Shown piece after piece: positions 38,899 to 48,826 of a stretch of DNA of 64,000 nucleotides. The translations under genes and the position numbers were made by a program. Every line of letters begins with the position of its first letter. Position 1 is the stretch's first letter. The stretch comes from an uncultured beta proteobacterium (GTDB lineage: Bacteria; Pseudomonadota; Gammaproteobacteria; Burkholderiales; Burkholderiaceae_C): contig CAVVSC010000010.1 in the NCBI GenBank assembly GCA_963750785.1, positions 67,767 to 131,766 on the forward strand, written 5' to 3'. The notes beneath the pieces are model-generated. The model was not told where the DNA came from. It worked only from the letters and a program-made list of their open reading frames with translations, and searched no databases.

Positions 38899-40855
38899 GG
38901 TAGATTTCCTCTGCTAGTTCTCGACTGATGCCTTCCACGCTGGCCAGGTCGTCCACACCCGCACTGGCCACCCCCCTCAGCCCGCCAAATCGCTGCAGCA
39001 GTCGCGCACGCTTGCGTGGCCCGACCCCGGCAATGTCTTCCAGCTTGCTGCCGCCGGTGCGCACACTGGCACGGCGGGCACGCATGCCGGTGATCGCGAA
39101 CCGGTGCGCCTCGTCCCGGATCTGCGCCACCAGCATCAGCGCGGCTGAATCATGCCCCAGATAGACCTTGTCCCTGCCGTCGGCAAACACCAGTTCCTCG
39201 AGACCAACTTTGCGTCCTTCGCCTTTTTCCACGCCGACGATCAGCGCCAGGTCCAGGCCCAACTCGGCAAACACTTCGCGCGCCATGCTGACCTGGCCAC
39301 GGCCACCGTCCACCAGCACCAGGTCGGGCAGGCGCGCCAGTTTGGAGTCGCTTTCCGTCTTGCCTTCCGTCTTCCCCAAGGCCAGCGCTTCGGCGATGCG
39401 CGAATAGCGGCGCATCAGGACCTGGCGCATGGCGGCGTAGTCGTCGCCGCCGGTCACGCCTTCGATGTTGAAGCGGCGGTACTGGCCGCTTTGCATGCCG
39501 TGGTTCTCGTACACCACGCAGGAAGCCTGAGTCGCCTCACCTGCGGTGTGGCTGATGTCGAAACACTCGATGCGCAAGCTGGCCGGGTCGGCCACGTCCA
39601 GTTCCAAAGCGTCCATCAGCGCGCGTGTGCGCTGCTGCTGCGATCCTTCTTCGGCCAGCAGGCGGGCCAGCGACAGTTCGGCGCCCTTGGCTGCCATTTC
39701 CAGCCAGATGCGCCGCTGCTCGCGCGGCTGGTGCGTGCCCCTCACCTTGACACCGGAAGTCTCGGACAGGGCTTCCAGCAAGTTCGCGTCCACGGCATGG
39801 CTCAGCACCAGCTGCGGCGGCAGCGGCTGGCCAACATAGTGCTGCGCGATGAAGGCTTCGAGGACGGCTTGTTCCGGGCTGACAGTGGCGGCCTCCGCAG
39901 CGTCGGCCTCTTCGGCGCTCAGCGCCGCGCCTTCGTCCACGTGGGTGGGGAAGTAGGCGCGGTCACCCAGGTGCCGGCTGCCGCGCACCATGGCCAGGTT
40001 CACGCAGGCGCGGCCGCCAGCCACCTTGACGGCCAGGATGTCCACGTCCTTGTCGCTGGCGTTCAAGCTGCTGACTTCCACGCTCTGCTGCTGCAGCACG
40101 CGCGACAGCGAGCCGATGCGGTCACGCAGCGCGGCCGCCTTCTCGAATTCCAGGCTCTCGGCGAAGCTCATCATCTTCGCCTGCAGGTCGTTGATCACCT
40201 CTTCGGTGTCGCCCAGCAGGAAGCGTTCCGAATCGTGCACGTCGCGACGGTAGTCTTCAGCGCTGATCAGGCCCACGCAGGGACCGCTGCAACGCTGGAT
40301 CTGGTACAGCAGGCAGGGTCGGCTGCGGTTGTTGAAGACCGTGTCCTCGCAGGTGCGCAGGCGGAAGACCTTCTGCATCAGCTGGATGGTCTGCTTCACG
40401 GCCCAGGCATTGGGATAGGGGCCGAAGTAGCGGTGCTTCTTGTCCACCGCGCCGCGGAAATAGGCCATGCGCGGGAAGCCGTGGCTGACGATCTTCAGGT
40501 ACGGGTAGCTCTTGTCGTCGCGGAACAGGATGTTGAAGCGCGGCGACAGGGTCTTGATGAGGTTGTTTTCCAGCAGCAGCGCTTCAGCTTCCGTGCGAAC
40601 CACGGTGGTTTCCAGCCGCGCGATGCGCGAGACCATGGACCCGATGCGGGTGCCGTCGCCATCCTTGCGCAGGTAACTGCTGACCCGCTGCTTCAGGTGC
40701 CGCGCCTTGCCCACGTAGAGCAGGTTGTCCTGCGCGTCGAACCAACGGTAGACACCCGGCAAGCCGGGCAAGGCCGCCACTTCAGCCAGCAAGGCCGCCA
40801 GCAGCTTGTCTCGCGCGCTGTCGGTCGGTGTGGGCAGGTCGGGCTGATCGCTCAT
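38885..40855 (-). CDS. uvrC: Excinuclease ABC subunit C
   Basis: GIY-YIG (PGVY...LYVGKA), [33 protein letters not shown] and HhH. Confidence 0.96.
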   Translation of the reverse strand: MSDQPDLPTPTDSARDKLLAALLAEVAALPGLPGVYRWFDAQDNLLYVGKARHLKQRVSSYLRKDGDGTRIGSMVSRIARLETTVVRTEAEALLLENNLIKTLSPRFNILFRDDKSYPYLKIVSHGFPRMAYFRGAVDKKHRYFGPYPNAWAVKQTIQLMQKVFRLRTCEDTVFNNRSRPCLLYQIQRCSGPCVGLISAEDYRRDVHDSERFLLGDTEEVINDLQAKMMSFAESLEFEKAAALRDRIGSLSRVLQQQSVEVSSLNASDKDVDILAVKVAGGRACVNLAMVRGSRHLGDRAYFPTHVDEGAALSAEEADAAEAATVSPEQAVLEAFIAQHYVGQPLPPQLVLSHAVDANLLEALSETSGVKVRGTHQPREQRRIWLEMAAKGAELSLARLLAEEGSQQQRTRALMDALELDVADPASLRIECFDISHTAGEATQASCVVYENHGMQSGQYRRFNIEGVTGGDDYAAMRQVLMRRYSRIAEALALGKTEGKTESDSKLARLPDLVLVDGGRGQVSMAREVFAELGLDLALIVGVEKGEGRKVGLEELVFADGRDKVYLGHDSAALMLVAQIRDEAHRFAITGMRARRASVRTGGSKLEDIAGVGPRKRARLLQRFGGLRGVASAGVDDLASVEGISRELAEEIYRALH

Positions 40856-40890
40856 CGCAGGTGATTTTCCACGGCTTCGATAATCCCCCG

Positions 40891-41916
40891 GTGCCGACAC
40901 CAAGCCCGACCTGGGACCTCTTCTGCCGCGTCATCGACAACTACGGCGACGCAGGCGTGTGCTGGCGGCTGGCGAGTGGGCTGGTTTCAGCTGGGCAGCG
41001 GGTTCGCCTGGTTATCGACGACCCCGCACCGCTGGCCTTCATGGCGCCCGAGGGCGCAGCCAGTGTGGAGGTGCTGCCCTGGCCTGGCCCGGCAGCGCCA
41101 GGCGACATGGTGGTGGAAGCCTTCGGCTGCGACCCTCCAGAAGCCTATGTGGCCCAGATGGCGGCCCGTGATCGACCTCCTGCCTGGATCAACCTGGAAT
41201 ACCTGAGTGCCGAGCCCTATGTGGAACGCTCGCACGGCCTGCCTTCGCCCCAGCGCAACGGACTCACCAAACACTTCTTCTACCCCGGCTTCACGGCACG
41301 CACAGGTGGCCTGCTGCGGGAGACAAGGCTGCAAGTGGCGCGGGAAGACTTCGATCGCCAGAGCTGGCTCGCGGGCCAAGGCCTGACCGTGCAGCCGGGC
41401 GAGCGCATCGTCACCCTCTTCTGCTACGACAACGCCGCCCTGCCTTCGCTGCTGGCCGACCTGGGCCGCCAAGCCACGCTGCTGCTGCTGACGCCGGGCC
41501 CCGCGCAGCGCCAGGTCACGCACGCCCTGGGGCGGTTGCGGCTGGCCCGTCTGCCCTACTTGAGCCAAGCCGATTTCGACCACCTGCTGTGGTCCGCCGA
41601 TCTCAACTTCGTGCGCGGCGAAGACTCCCTGGTACGCGCCCTGTGGGCGGGGGCGCCTTTCGTCTGGCAGGCCTACCCTCAGAACGACGGCGCACACGGA
41701 CCCAAGGTCGACAGCCTGCTGGGCCAATGGCACCCCAGCGCCGAAGTGTCCGCCTGCTGGCGCGCCTGGAATGGCCTGCCCGGCGCCGCGTGGCCCGGCT
41801 TGCCGCCCTTGTCTGCCTGGCAGCCGGGCCTGACAGCCTGGCGCCAACGACTCCTGGCCCAGGACGACCTGGTGACCCAGCTCCTGCACTTTGTGGCCCG
41901 CGAGACCCAGCTCTGA
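40891..41916 (+). CDS. earP: EF-P arginine rhamnosyltransferase
   Basis: [37 protein letters not shown] and NFVRGEDS; upstream of efp. Confidence 0.95.
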   Translation: MPTPSPTWDLFCRVIDNYGDAGVCWRLASGLVSAGQRVRLVIDDPAPLAFMAPEGAASVEVLPWPGPAAPGDMVVEAFGCDPPEAYVAQMAARDRPPAWINLEYLSAEPYVERSHGLPSPQRNGLTKHFFYPGFTARTGGLLRETRLQVAREDFDRQSWLAGQGLTVQPGERIVTLFCYDNAALPSLLADLGRQATLLLLTPGPAQRQVTHALGRLRLARLPYLSQADFDHLLWSADLNFVRGEDSLVRALWAGAPFVWQAYPQNDGAHGPKVDSLLGQWHPSAEVSACWRAWNGLPGAAWPGLPPLSAWQPGLTAWRQRLLAQDDLVTQLLHFVARETQL

Positions 41917-42074
41917 CCCTGCTGCGCTGCTAGAATCATGGGCTTTTCGCCCAGCGCGCCTTGCGAACGCCTGCATTGACGTCAGCAGGAACGCAGCCTT
42001 CGACGCCAGTTCGGCTGAGGCCCCGCGCGGGACGGACCTGACACCCCTGAGACACCACTTCTGAGACGACAGCC

Positions 42075-42629
42075 ATGAAACTCGCACAGGAAATCCGCGC
42101 CGGCAACGTGATCATGCAGGGCAAGGACCCGATGGTCGTGCTCAAGACCGAATACAGCCGCGGCGGCCGTGGCGCCGCCACGGTGCGCATGAAGATGAAG
42201 AGCCTGCTCAGCGGCTTCGGCGCTGAAACCGTCTTCAAGGCCGACGACAAGATGGACCAGGTCATCCTGGACAAGAAGGAGTGCACCTACTCCTACTTCG
42301 CCGACCCCATGTACGCCTTCATGGACGCCGAATACAACCAGTTCGAGGTCGAAGCTGAGAACATGGGCGACGCCATCAGCTACCTGGAAGACGGCATGGC
42401 CGTTGAAGTGGTGTTCTATGACGGCAAGGCCATCAGCGTGGAACTGCCCACCACCGTGGTCCGTGAAATCACCACCGACCCCGCCGTCAAGGGCGACACC
42501 TCCGGCAAGGTGCTCAAGCCCGCCAAGCTGGTCGGCACGGGCTTCGAGATCAGCGTGCCCATCTTCGTGGAAAACGGCGACAAGGTCGAAATCGACACCC
42601 GCACGCACGAATACCGCAAGCGCGTCTGA
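42075..42629 (+). CDS. efp: Elongation factor P, Arg32 type
   Basis: SRGGR32GAA loop; PAVKGDTS; DKVEIDTRT. Confidence 0.97.
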   Translation: MKLAQEIRAGNVIMQGKDPMVVLKTEYSRGGRGAATVRMKMKSLLSGFGAETVFKADDKMDQVILDKKECTYSYFADPMYAFMDAEYNQFEVEAENMGDAISYLEDGMAVEVVFYDGKAISVELPTTVVREITTDPAVKGDTSGKVLKPAKLVGTGFEISVPIFVENGDKVEIDTRTHEYRKRV

Positions 42630-42652
42630 GATCCGCTCAGCGCCACCCGCAC

Positions 42653-42675
42653 AGGGCACCTCCGGGTGCCCTTTT
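42653..42675 (+). terminator. Rho-independent terminator after efp
   Basis: AGGGCACC-TCCG-GGTGCCCT-TTT. Confidence 0.75.
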
Positions 42676-42735
42676 GCTTGGGGCTGCAATCGCGGTCGGC
42701 TCAGGGGTGAAGCCGCTTTTGGGCATGATCGCGTC

Positions 42736-43692
42736 ATGGCCGTGAACCGCTTCGACTTCGACACCGCTGTCAGCTCGCCTTTCCGCATGCAGCCGGGCCT
42801 GCGACGGCTGCCGGAAGACGCGCCGCAACTCACGCCGCTGGCGGCAGGCTCGCGCCACCAGCGCGAGAAGCTGGCCGTGCTGTCGGCCTACTGGGCGCAG
42901 GCGCTGCAGCACCAGCCAGGCTTTGACGCCCAGCCCGCGCTGGACGCGCTGTGCCGGCACGCGGCGCTTGAACATCCCAAGGCATGGGCCTGGGACGGCG
43001 ACCGGGCCCATGGGCTGCACCTGGGCGCAGCCGTCACGCGGCGTGGGGACGTGGAACAGCTGCGGGCAGGCGTCTTCGGACTGGGTGACGAGGTGGCGCG
43101 CTGCCTCCTGGGCCTTCCCGCAGCCTGGCGCCTGGCCGGCCTGCTGGGCCTGGCCTTTGCCGAGGACTTTGCCGTGGTCAAGGGCGATGACGGCACGATC
43201 CCGTGGATCGCCGTGGCCTTGCCCAGCCACTGGGCGCCTGAAGACAAGATCGGCCGCCACTTTGCCCAGGTGCATGCACCTGTGGCAGACAACGCCTTGC
43301 TGGTAAAAGCCTCTGAATGGCTGACGCGCCTGGTTTGCGGTCCGGAACGTTGGGAGCGTTTTGTCTGGAACGTCACCGACCAGCCGCGCCTGCACGCCCA
43401 CCCTGCGCACGTAGCCCCGGATCGTTGGCTGCAGACACGCGTCGACCAGGCCTGGTTCCGCAGCGAAAGGCAGACCTTCATCCCCGTGCCCGGGCGGGCC
43501 GAGGCCGTGTTCACCATCCTCGTGCAGGTCGAACCGTTGGCCGATGTGCTGGACTCAGCTGAACGGGCTCAAGCGCTGCACGACGCGATCGCCAGCATGA
43601 GCCCGGCCGTGCTGGGCTACCGCGGCCTGCAGCGGGTGCGCGAACCGCTGCTGCAATGGCTGGCCGTTCGGGCGCAGGCGGCCTCCGCTTGA
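42736..43692 (+). CDS. DUF3445 / heme-dependent oxidative N-demethylase alpha-like protein
   Basis: LAFAEDFAV...AVALPSHWAPEDKIG...VHAPV...WERFVW...FRSERQT...VFTI. Confidence 0.8.
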   Translation: MAVNRFDFDTAVSSPFRMQPGLRRLPEDAPQLTPLAAGSRHQREKLAVLSAYWAQALQHQPGFDAQPALDALCRHAALEHPKAWAWDGDRAHGLHLGAAVTRRGDVEQLRAGVFGLGDEVARCLLGLPAAWRLAGLLGLAFAEDFAVVKGDDGTIPWIAVALPSHWAPEDKIGRHFAQVHAPVADNALLVKASEWLTRLVCGPERWERFVWNVTDQPRLHAHPAHVAPDRWLQTRVDQAWFRSERQTFIPVPGRAEAVFTILVQVEPLADVLDSAERAQALHDAIASMSPAVLGYRGLQRVREPLLQWLAVRAQAASA

Positions 43693-45602
43693 AGACCCGG
43701 CCCATACAGCCCGCGCGCATCGATTTCGGCACCGCACCGGGTGACCCGCCGCGCGCACCGGACTTTGACGACATCTACCACCCGCGTGCCGGCGCCCAGC
43801 TGCAGGCACGGCACGTGTTCCTGCACGGCAATGGCCTGCCGGGGCGCTGGGCCGGGCGCGCGGACTTCACCGTGCTGGAAACCGGCTTCGGCCTGGGCCA
43901 CAACTTCCTGGCGCTGTGGGACGCCTGGCGGCAGGACCCCCAGCGCTGCGACCGGCTCCATGTGGTGGCCGTGGACCTGCACCCACCCGGCGCGGCCGAC
44001 CTGGCCTGTGCGCATGCGGGCTCCCCGCTGCCGGACCTGGCCGCTGAGTTGCTCGCGCAATGGCCACCGCTGACACCCAACCTGCACCAGCTCCACTTCA
44101 GTGGCGGCCGCGTGCGCCTGACCCTGGCCCTGGGCGATGTGGTGCAGCTGCTGCCAGCCTTGCGACTCCAGGCCGACGCCATCTTCCTGGACGGCTTTGC
44201 GCCGGTGCGCAACCCCGCCATGTGGAGCCAATCGCTGCTCAAGACCGTGGGCCGGCTCAGCGCACCCGATGCCACGGCCGCCAGCTGGAGCGTGGACCAC
44301 GAGCTGCAACGGCACCTGGTCACGGCCGGCTTCGAACCCAGCATGGCGCCGGGCACGGGCGGCAAGAGCGATTTCACCTGTGCGCGCTTCGTGCCCCGCA
44401 CCAACGTGCGCGGCCTGCCCGCCACTGCAGTCCACAGCGCCGACGCAGTGGTGGTGGGCGCAGGGCTGGCTGGTGCGGCTGTGGCGCGTGCGCTGGCCGA
44501 ACGCGGGCTGCGCGTGACCGTGCTGGAACAGGCCGGCGCAGCCGCCACGGCCGCGTCGGGCAACCCTGCCGGTCTCTTTCACGGCACGCTGGGCGCCGAC
44601 GACGGTCCCTACGCGCGCCTGTACCGCACGGCGGCTCTGCTGGCCACACGCTGCTACCGTGAGGCAGTGGCCGCTGGTGTGCCTGGCCAGGTCGCCGGTC
44701 TGCTGCGCCTGGCGACGCCACAGGCCGGCGATCGCGACACGAAAGACGTGATGCGCGAAACGGGCCTGACGCCAGACTATGTGCAGTGGCTGGAGTCTTC
44801 AGCCGCATCAGACCGCGCGGGCCTGGCGCTGCAAGAACCTTGCTGGTTCTACCCCGGCGGCGGCTGGGTCTCGCCACCGGCCTGGGTGCAGCATGCGCTG
44901 GCACACCCCGCCATCTCGCTGCGGACTGGCATCGCTGCTTCGGTACTTCGGCGCCAAGGCGACACCTGGTATTGCCTGGACGCCCAAGGCGCCCTGCTGG
45001 CGCAGTCCCGTCTGCTGGTGCTGGCCAATGCCAGTGGCGCTGCACCCCTGCTGCGTCCACTGGGCCACCCTGGCTGGCCCTTGCAACGCAGCCGGGGGCA
45101 GATCACTCACTGGCGCACAGACGGCCCCACCGGTCTGCAGTTGCCACTGGTGGGCGACGGCTACGCCATCGCGATGCCCGGGACCCTGCTGTGCGGCGCG
45201 ACGCGCCAGGAAGATGACGAAGAGCCCCGGTTGCGCGAGCAAGATCACCAGCAAAACATCGACCGCTTCCGGCGACTGACGGGCCTACCCGGACCTGCCG
45301 CTGGAATTGCGTGCGAAGGCCGGGTGGGCTGGCGGCTGGCGGCTGATGACCGCTTGCCCATTGCGGGCGCGGTGCCCCTTCTGGGTCAGCCGGTCACCAC
45401 CACGCAAACCCGGCTGTTGTCGCGCGAAGTCGGGCTCTTCGTGCTGAGTGCGCTGGGCGCGCGCGGCCTGACACTGGCGCCGCTGATGGGCGACTTGGTG
45501 GCCTCACAGGCCACAGGCACGCCGTGGCCTGTCGAACAGGACCTGGCAGACGCCGTGGACCCGGGCCGCTGGCTGGTGCGTCAGGCGCGTCTGGCGACCT
45601 GA
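43689..45602 (+). CDS. mnmC: Bifunctional tRNA mnm5s2U34 methyltransferase/oxidoreductase
   Basis: FDDIYH, LETGFGLGHNFL and FLDGFAP methyltransferase motifs; VVGAGLAG and ASGN FAD domain; TTG start overlapping the upstream stop. Confidence 0.93.
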   Translation: MKTRPIQPARIDFGTAPGDPPRAPDFDDIYHPRAGAQLQARHVFLHGNGLPGRWAGRADFTVLETGFGLGHNFLALWDAWRQDPQRCDRLHVVAVDLHPPGAADLACAHAGSPLPDLAAELLAQWPPLTPNLHQLHFSGGRVRLTLALGDVVQLLPALRLQADAIFLDGFAPVRNPAMWSQSLLKTVGRLSAPDATAASWSVDHELQRHLVTAGFEPSMAPGTGGKSDFTCARFVPRTNVRGLPATAVHSADAVVVGAGLAGAAVARALAERGLRVTVLEQAGAAATAASGNPAGLFHGTLGADDGPYARLYRTAALLATRCYREAVAAGVPGQVAGLLRLATPQAGDRDTKDVMRETGLTPDYVQWLESSAASDRAGLALQEPCWFYPGGGWVSPPAWVQHALAHPAISLRTGIAASVLRRQGDTWYCLDAQGALLAQSRLLVLANASGAAPLLRPLGHPGWPLQRSRGQITHWRTDGPTGLQLPLVGDGYAIAMPGTLLCGATRQEDDEEPRLREQDHQQNIDRFRRLTGLPGPAAGIACEGRVGWRLAADDRLPIAGAVPLLGQPVTTTQTRLLSREVGLFVLSALGARGLTLAPLMGDLVASQATGTPWPVEQDLADAVDPGRWLVRQARLAT

Positions 45603-45608
45603 GTCTGC

Positions 45609-45785
45609 TCAGCCCGGCTGGGCCGGTGCAGCACCTTCGCTGTCGTCGCTGTCTTCCGGCTGGTCTTCAAGCGGCGGCAGTCCTGCTGCCTTGCGCGCGG
45701 CCTTTTCCTTGTCCTTCTCTTCCTTCTTCTTCTTTTTCGCCAACTCGCGTTGGCGCTTCTCGAACGAGTAATTGGGCTTGGCCAA
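45609..45785 (-). CDS. Small 58-aa charged protein (absent from the ORF track)
   Basis: TTG start with AAGGA RBS; [58 protein letters not shown]. Confidence 0.75.
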   Translation of the reverse strand: MAKPNYSFEKRQRELAKKKKKEEKDKEKAARKAAGLPPLEDQPEDSDDSEGAAPAQPG

Positions 45786-45858
45786 GGCGTTTCCTTTGGG
45801 TGGCAGAGAGCAGACTGGGGCCCTGGAAGGCCCGGCAGACGCGATTAGAACACCAGCC

Positions 45859-46518
45859 TCAGAAGCTCAAGGTCTTCACGCCTTCGGCCGTGCCCAGCAG
45901 GCAGATGCTGGCACGGTGGCGCGCAAAGATGCCCACGGTCACCACGCCGGGCCACTGGTTGATTTCGGTCTCCATGGCCAGCGGCTCGGAGATGGACAGA
46001 CCGCGCACGTCCAGAATGGGGTTGCCGTTGTCGGTGACCACGCCCGGGCGAAGCGTGGCCTTGCCGCCCAGTTGCGCAAAACGGCGGGTCACCTGGGCCG
46101 CGGCCATGGCAATCACTTCCACTGGCAAAGGGAAAGCGCCCAGCACCGCCACGCGCTTGCTCTCGTCGGCAATGCAGACAAAGCGTTGAGCCAGGTCGGC
46201 GACGATCTTTTCGCGCGTCAGCGCCGCACCACCACCCTTGATCATGCAACCACGCGGGTCGATCTCGTCCGCGCCGTCCACATAGACCGACAGACTGCGC
46301 ACGTCGGAGGCCTCAAAGACCCGTATGCCGTGCGCCAGCAGCCGCTCCGAGCTCTTGCTGGAACTGCTGACGGCGCCGCGGACCTCGTCCTTGATCGTCG
46401 CCAGCGCGTCGATGAAGTGGTTCACGGTGCTGCCCGTCCCCACGCCCACCAGTTCACCGCGCACCACATGGGCCAGTGCGGCCCGGCCCACAAGGGCTTT
46501 CAATTCGTCTTGGCTCAT
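45859..46518 (-). CDS. rpiA: Ribose-5-phosphate isomerase A
   Basis: [27 protein letters not shown] and FPLPVEV. Confidence 0.96.
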   Translation of the reverse strand: MSQDELKALVGRAALAHVVRGELVGVGTGSTVNHFIDALATIKDEVRGAVSSSSKSSERLLAHGIRVFEASDVRSLSVYVDGADEIDPRGCMIKGGGAALTREKIVADLAQRFVCIADESKRVAVLGAFPLPVEVIAMAAAQVTRRFAQLGGKATLRPGVVTDNGNPILDVRGLSISEPLAMETEINQWPGVVTVGIFARHRASICLLGTAEGVKTLSF

Positions 46519-46557
46519 GCGGCGATTATCCAAGGCCCGTCGCAGACAATCGCCCGC

Positions 46558-47598
46558 ATGTCTCTCGTTCCCTACGCGCTGACGCGCCTCTTTCTTTTCG
46601 GCCTGGACCCCGAGGCTGCCCATGACCTGACGATGGGCAGCATCGCCCGGCTGCAGAACACCCCCGCGCAGTGCCTGTGGGCGCAGCCGCGTGTGAACGA
46701 CCCGGTCACTTTGGCGGGCCTGAAGTTCCCCAACCGCCTGGGGCTTGCCGCAGGCCTGGACAAGAACGGCCGCTGCATCGACGGCCTGGGCGCCATGGGC
46801 TTCGGCTTCATTGAAGTCGGCACCGTCACACCCAAGGGCCAGCCGGGCAACGACAAGCCGCGCATGTTTCGCCTGCCCGCCAAGAACGCACTCATCAACC
46901 GGCTGGGCTTCAACAACGAAGGCCTGGAAGCCTTCCTGGCCAACGTGCAACGTGCGCGCAGTTTCCGCGCGTCCGGTGGCATCGTGGGCCTGAATATCGG
47001 CAAGAACGCCGTCACGCCGATCCAGTTTGCGGTGGACGACTACCTGATTGGCCTGGACGGCGTGTACCCGCATGCCGACTACGTCACCGTCAACATCAGC
47101 AGCCCCAACACCCAGAACTTGCGCGCCCTGCAGAGCGACGCCGCATTGGACGCCTTGCTGTCAACGCTGCAGGCAAAGCGCCAGGCACTCGCCCGCGAGC
47201 ACGGGCGGCTGGTGCCCATGTTCGTGAAGATCGCGCCTGACCTGGAAACGGACCAGGTGCGCGTGATTGCCGCGACCTTGAAGAAGAACGGCATCGACGG
47301 CGTCATCGCCACGAACACCACCGTGTCACGCGACGCCGTGCGCGGGCAGCCCCACGCCAACGAGACCGGCGGCCTCAGCGGCACCCCGGTGCTGGAGCCC
47401 AGCAACCGCGTCATCCGCCTGCTGCGCGCCGAGTTGGGCGTGGGCTACCCCATCATTGGCGTGGGCGGGGTGATCGATGCGGCCAGCGCGCGCAGCAAGC
47501 TGGAGGCGGGTGCGGACCTGGTCCAGATCTACACCGGCCTGATCTACCGCGGACCGGCACTGGTTGGCGAAGCAGCAGCCGCCCTGGCTGCCCGCTAG
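46558..47598 (+). CDS. pyrD: Quinone-dependent dihydroorotate dehydrogenase (class 2)
   Basis: [37 protein letters not shown] and GGLSG. Confidence 0.96.
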   Translation: MSLVPYALTRLFLFGLDPEAAHDLTMGSIARLQNTPAQCLWAQPRVNDPVTLAGLKFPNRLGLAAGLDKNGRCIDGLGAMGFGFIEVGTVTPKGQPGNDKPRMFRLPAKNALINRLGFNNEGLEAFLANVQRARSFRASGGIVGLNIGKNAVTPIQFAVDDYLIGLDGVYPHADYVTVNISSPNTQNLRALQSDAALDALLSTLQAKRQALAREHGRLVPMFVKIAPDLETDQVRVIAATLKKNGIDGVIATNTTVSRDAVRGQPHANETGGLSGTPVLEPSNRVIRLLRAELGVGYPIIGVGGVIDAASARSKLEAGADLVQIYTGLIYRGPALVGEAAAALAAR

Positions 47599-47601
47599 GT
47601 C

Positions 47602-48825
47602 CTAGAACCGGTCCAGCGTCGGGAATCCCGGCTGGCCGGTGGTGCAGTCCCATAGCACGCAGGCCATGCCCAGGTCACCCGACCACAAGGTGTGCCGGCC
47701 CTGGCCGTGCACCGCACGCTCGCGTTCCACCTGCACGATGCCGTGCATGGCGAAAGCGCGTGCGCGCTCCAGCCAACGTTCGTCACCGGTGCGCCTGAAA
47801 AGCTGCAGGAAGGCGTGTGCGGTGCCAGCGGTGCCGTGGCAGAACGCCACGCCCTTGTTGAGCGGGCCGGCATGCCAGCTGAGCTCGCCCGCCTGCACCA
47901 GCAAGGTGTCCCAGGCGTCCGCGTCAGGCACGGTATGTGGCAAAGAGGCCAGGCGACAGATGAGACCGGGCGCGCCGTGGCAGTCCTGCAAGAGGGGTGG
48001 CTTGTTGTTGGTGGTGTGGCGCGGCGCGGCAGGCCACCAGTTCACGAAGTCGCCGTCACGCAGGGCCGTGGCTTGCAGGAAGCTCAGTGCCCGCCGTGAA
48101 TAACTGTACAGTTGCGCTGACGAAATGAACGCGGCTCCACGCACGGCCGGGTAGACGTTGCCGACAAAGCCGTGGCCCGCGCCGATCAGCGTCTCGACGC
48201 GGCCGTACATGTTCTGCACCCAGCCGAAGGTGCCTCCTGCTGCTTCAATGGGTTCCATCTCGTCCCAGATGATCTGCACCGCGTGCTGCACCAGCGCCGC
48301 CCAGTGCGGTGCGCCCGTGTGTTCGGCCATGGCGATGGCGGCCAGCACGCTGCCAGGCGAACCCCACAGCTGTTCCCGCACCGGGTTGTGCAGGTTGCCG
48401 TGCACCACGTCGTACAGGCGCTGAGCCGCGGCCTCGTCGCGCGTGAGCTTCCACTGCAGCAGGCGCAAGCCCGACTCACCGATGAGGAAAGACGCCGTGC
48501 CGTGCTGGTAGTCGCCCAGTGCAGCCACCTGCTTGTCGGCCAGGCCCTGCACAAAATCCGTGAAGTCCCAGCGCCTTTCAACGGCACCCGCTTCCGCCAG
48601 GTGTTCCAGCGCCCAGATGGCGCCACCGGCTCCGCCGTAGACCTCGTGCAGCGGCTCGCCCGGTGCGCCGCCGTCCTCGCGTGGGTGGGGATGCCAGCCG
48701 CGCGCAGGGTCGAAGTCCTGCAGCGCCAACGCCGCCCAGCGTTCGATAGCCGCGCGTGCGGCGGCCTCGCTCCACACGTCACCCGCCAGCGCTTCGTGGC
48801 GTTCGGTCCCGAACAACACCGTCAT
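47602..48825 (-). CDS. Orphan LanC-like (lanthionine synthetase C-like, LanCL) protein
   Basis: GAGHGFVG (catalytic His), DCHGAPG and FCHGTAG (Zn ligands), LWSGDLG; alpha/alpha-toroid-type repeats. Confidence 0.85.
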   Translation of the reverse strand: MTVLFGTERHEALAGDVWSEAAARAAIERWAALALQDFDPARGWHPHPREDGGAPGEPLHEVYGGAGGAIWALEHLAEAGAVERRWDFTDFVQGLADKQVAALGDYQHGTASFLIGESGLRLLQWKLTRDEAAAQRLYDVVHGNLHNPVREQLWGSPGSVLAAIAMAEHTGAPHWAALVQHAVQIIWDEMEPIEAAGGTFGWVQNMYGRVETLIGAGHGFVGNVYPAVRGAAFISSAQLYSYSRRALSFLQATALRDGDFVNWWPAAPRHTTNNKPPLLQDCHGAPGLICRLASLPHTVPDADAWDTLLVQAGELSWHAGPLNKGVAFCHGTAGTAHAFLQLFRRTGDERWLERARAFAMHGIVQVERERAVHGQGRHTLWSGDLGMACVLWDCTTGQPGFPTLDRF

Positions 48826-48826
48826 C

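Noticed and set aside
47602-48825. Lanthipeptide biosynthetic cluster
   Set aside because: No LanB, LanM/KC, precursor peptide, protease or dedicated exporter is adjacent.
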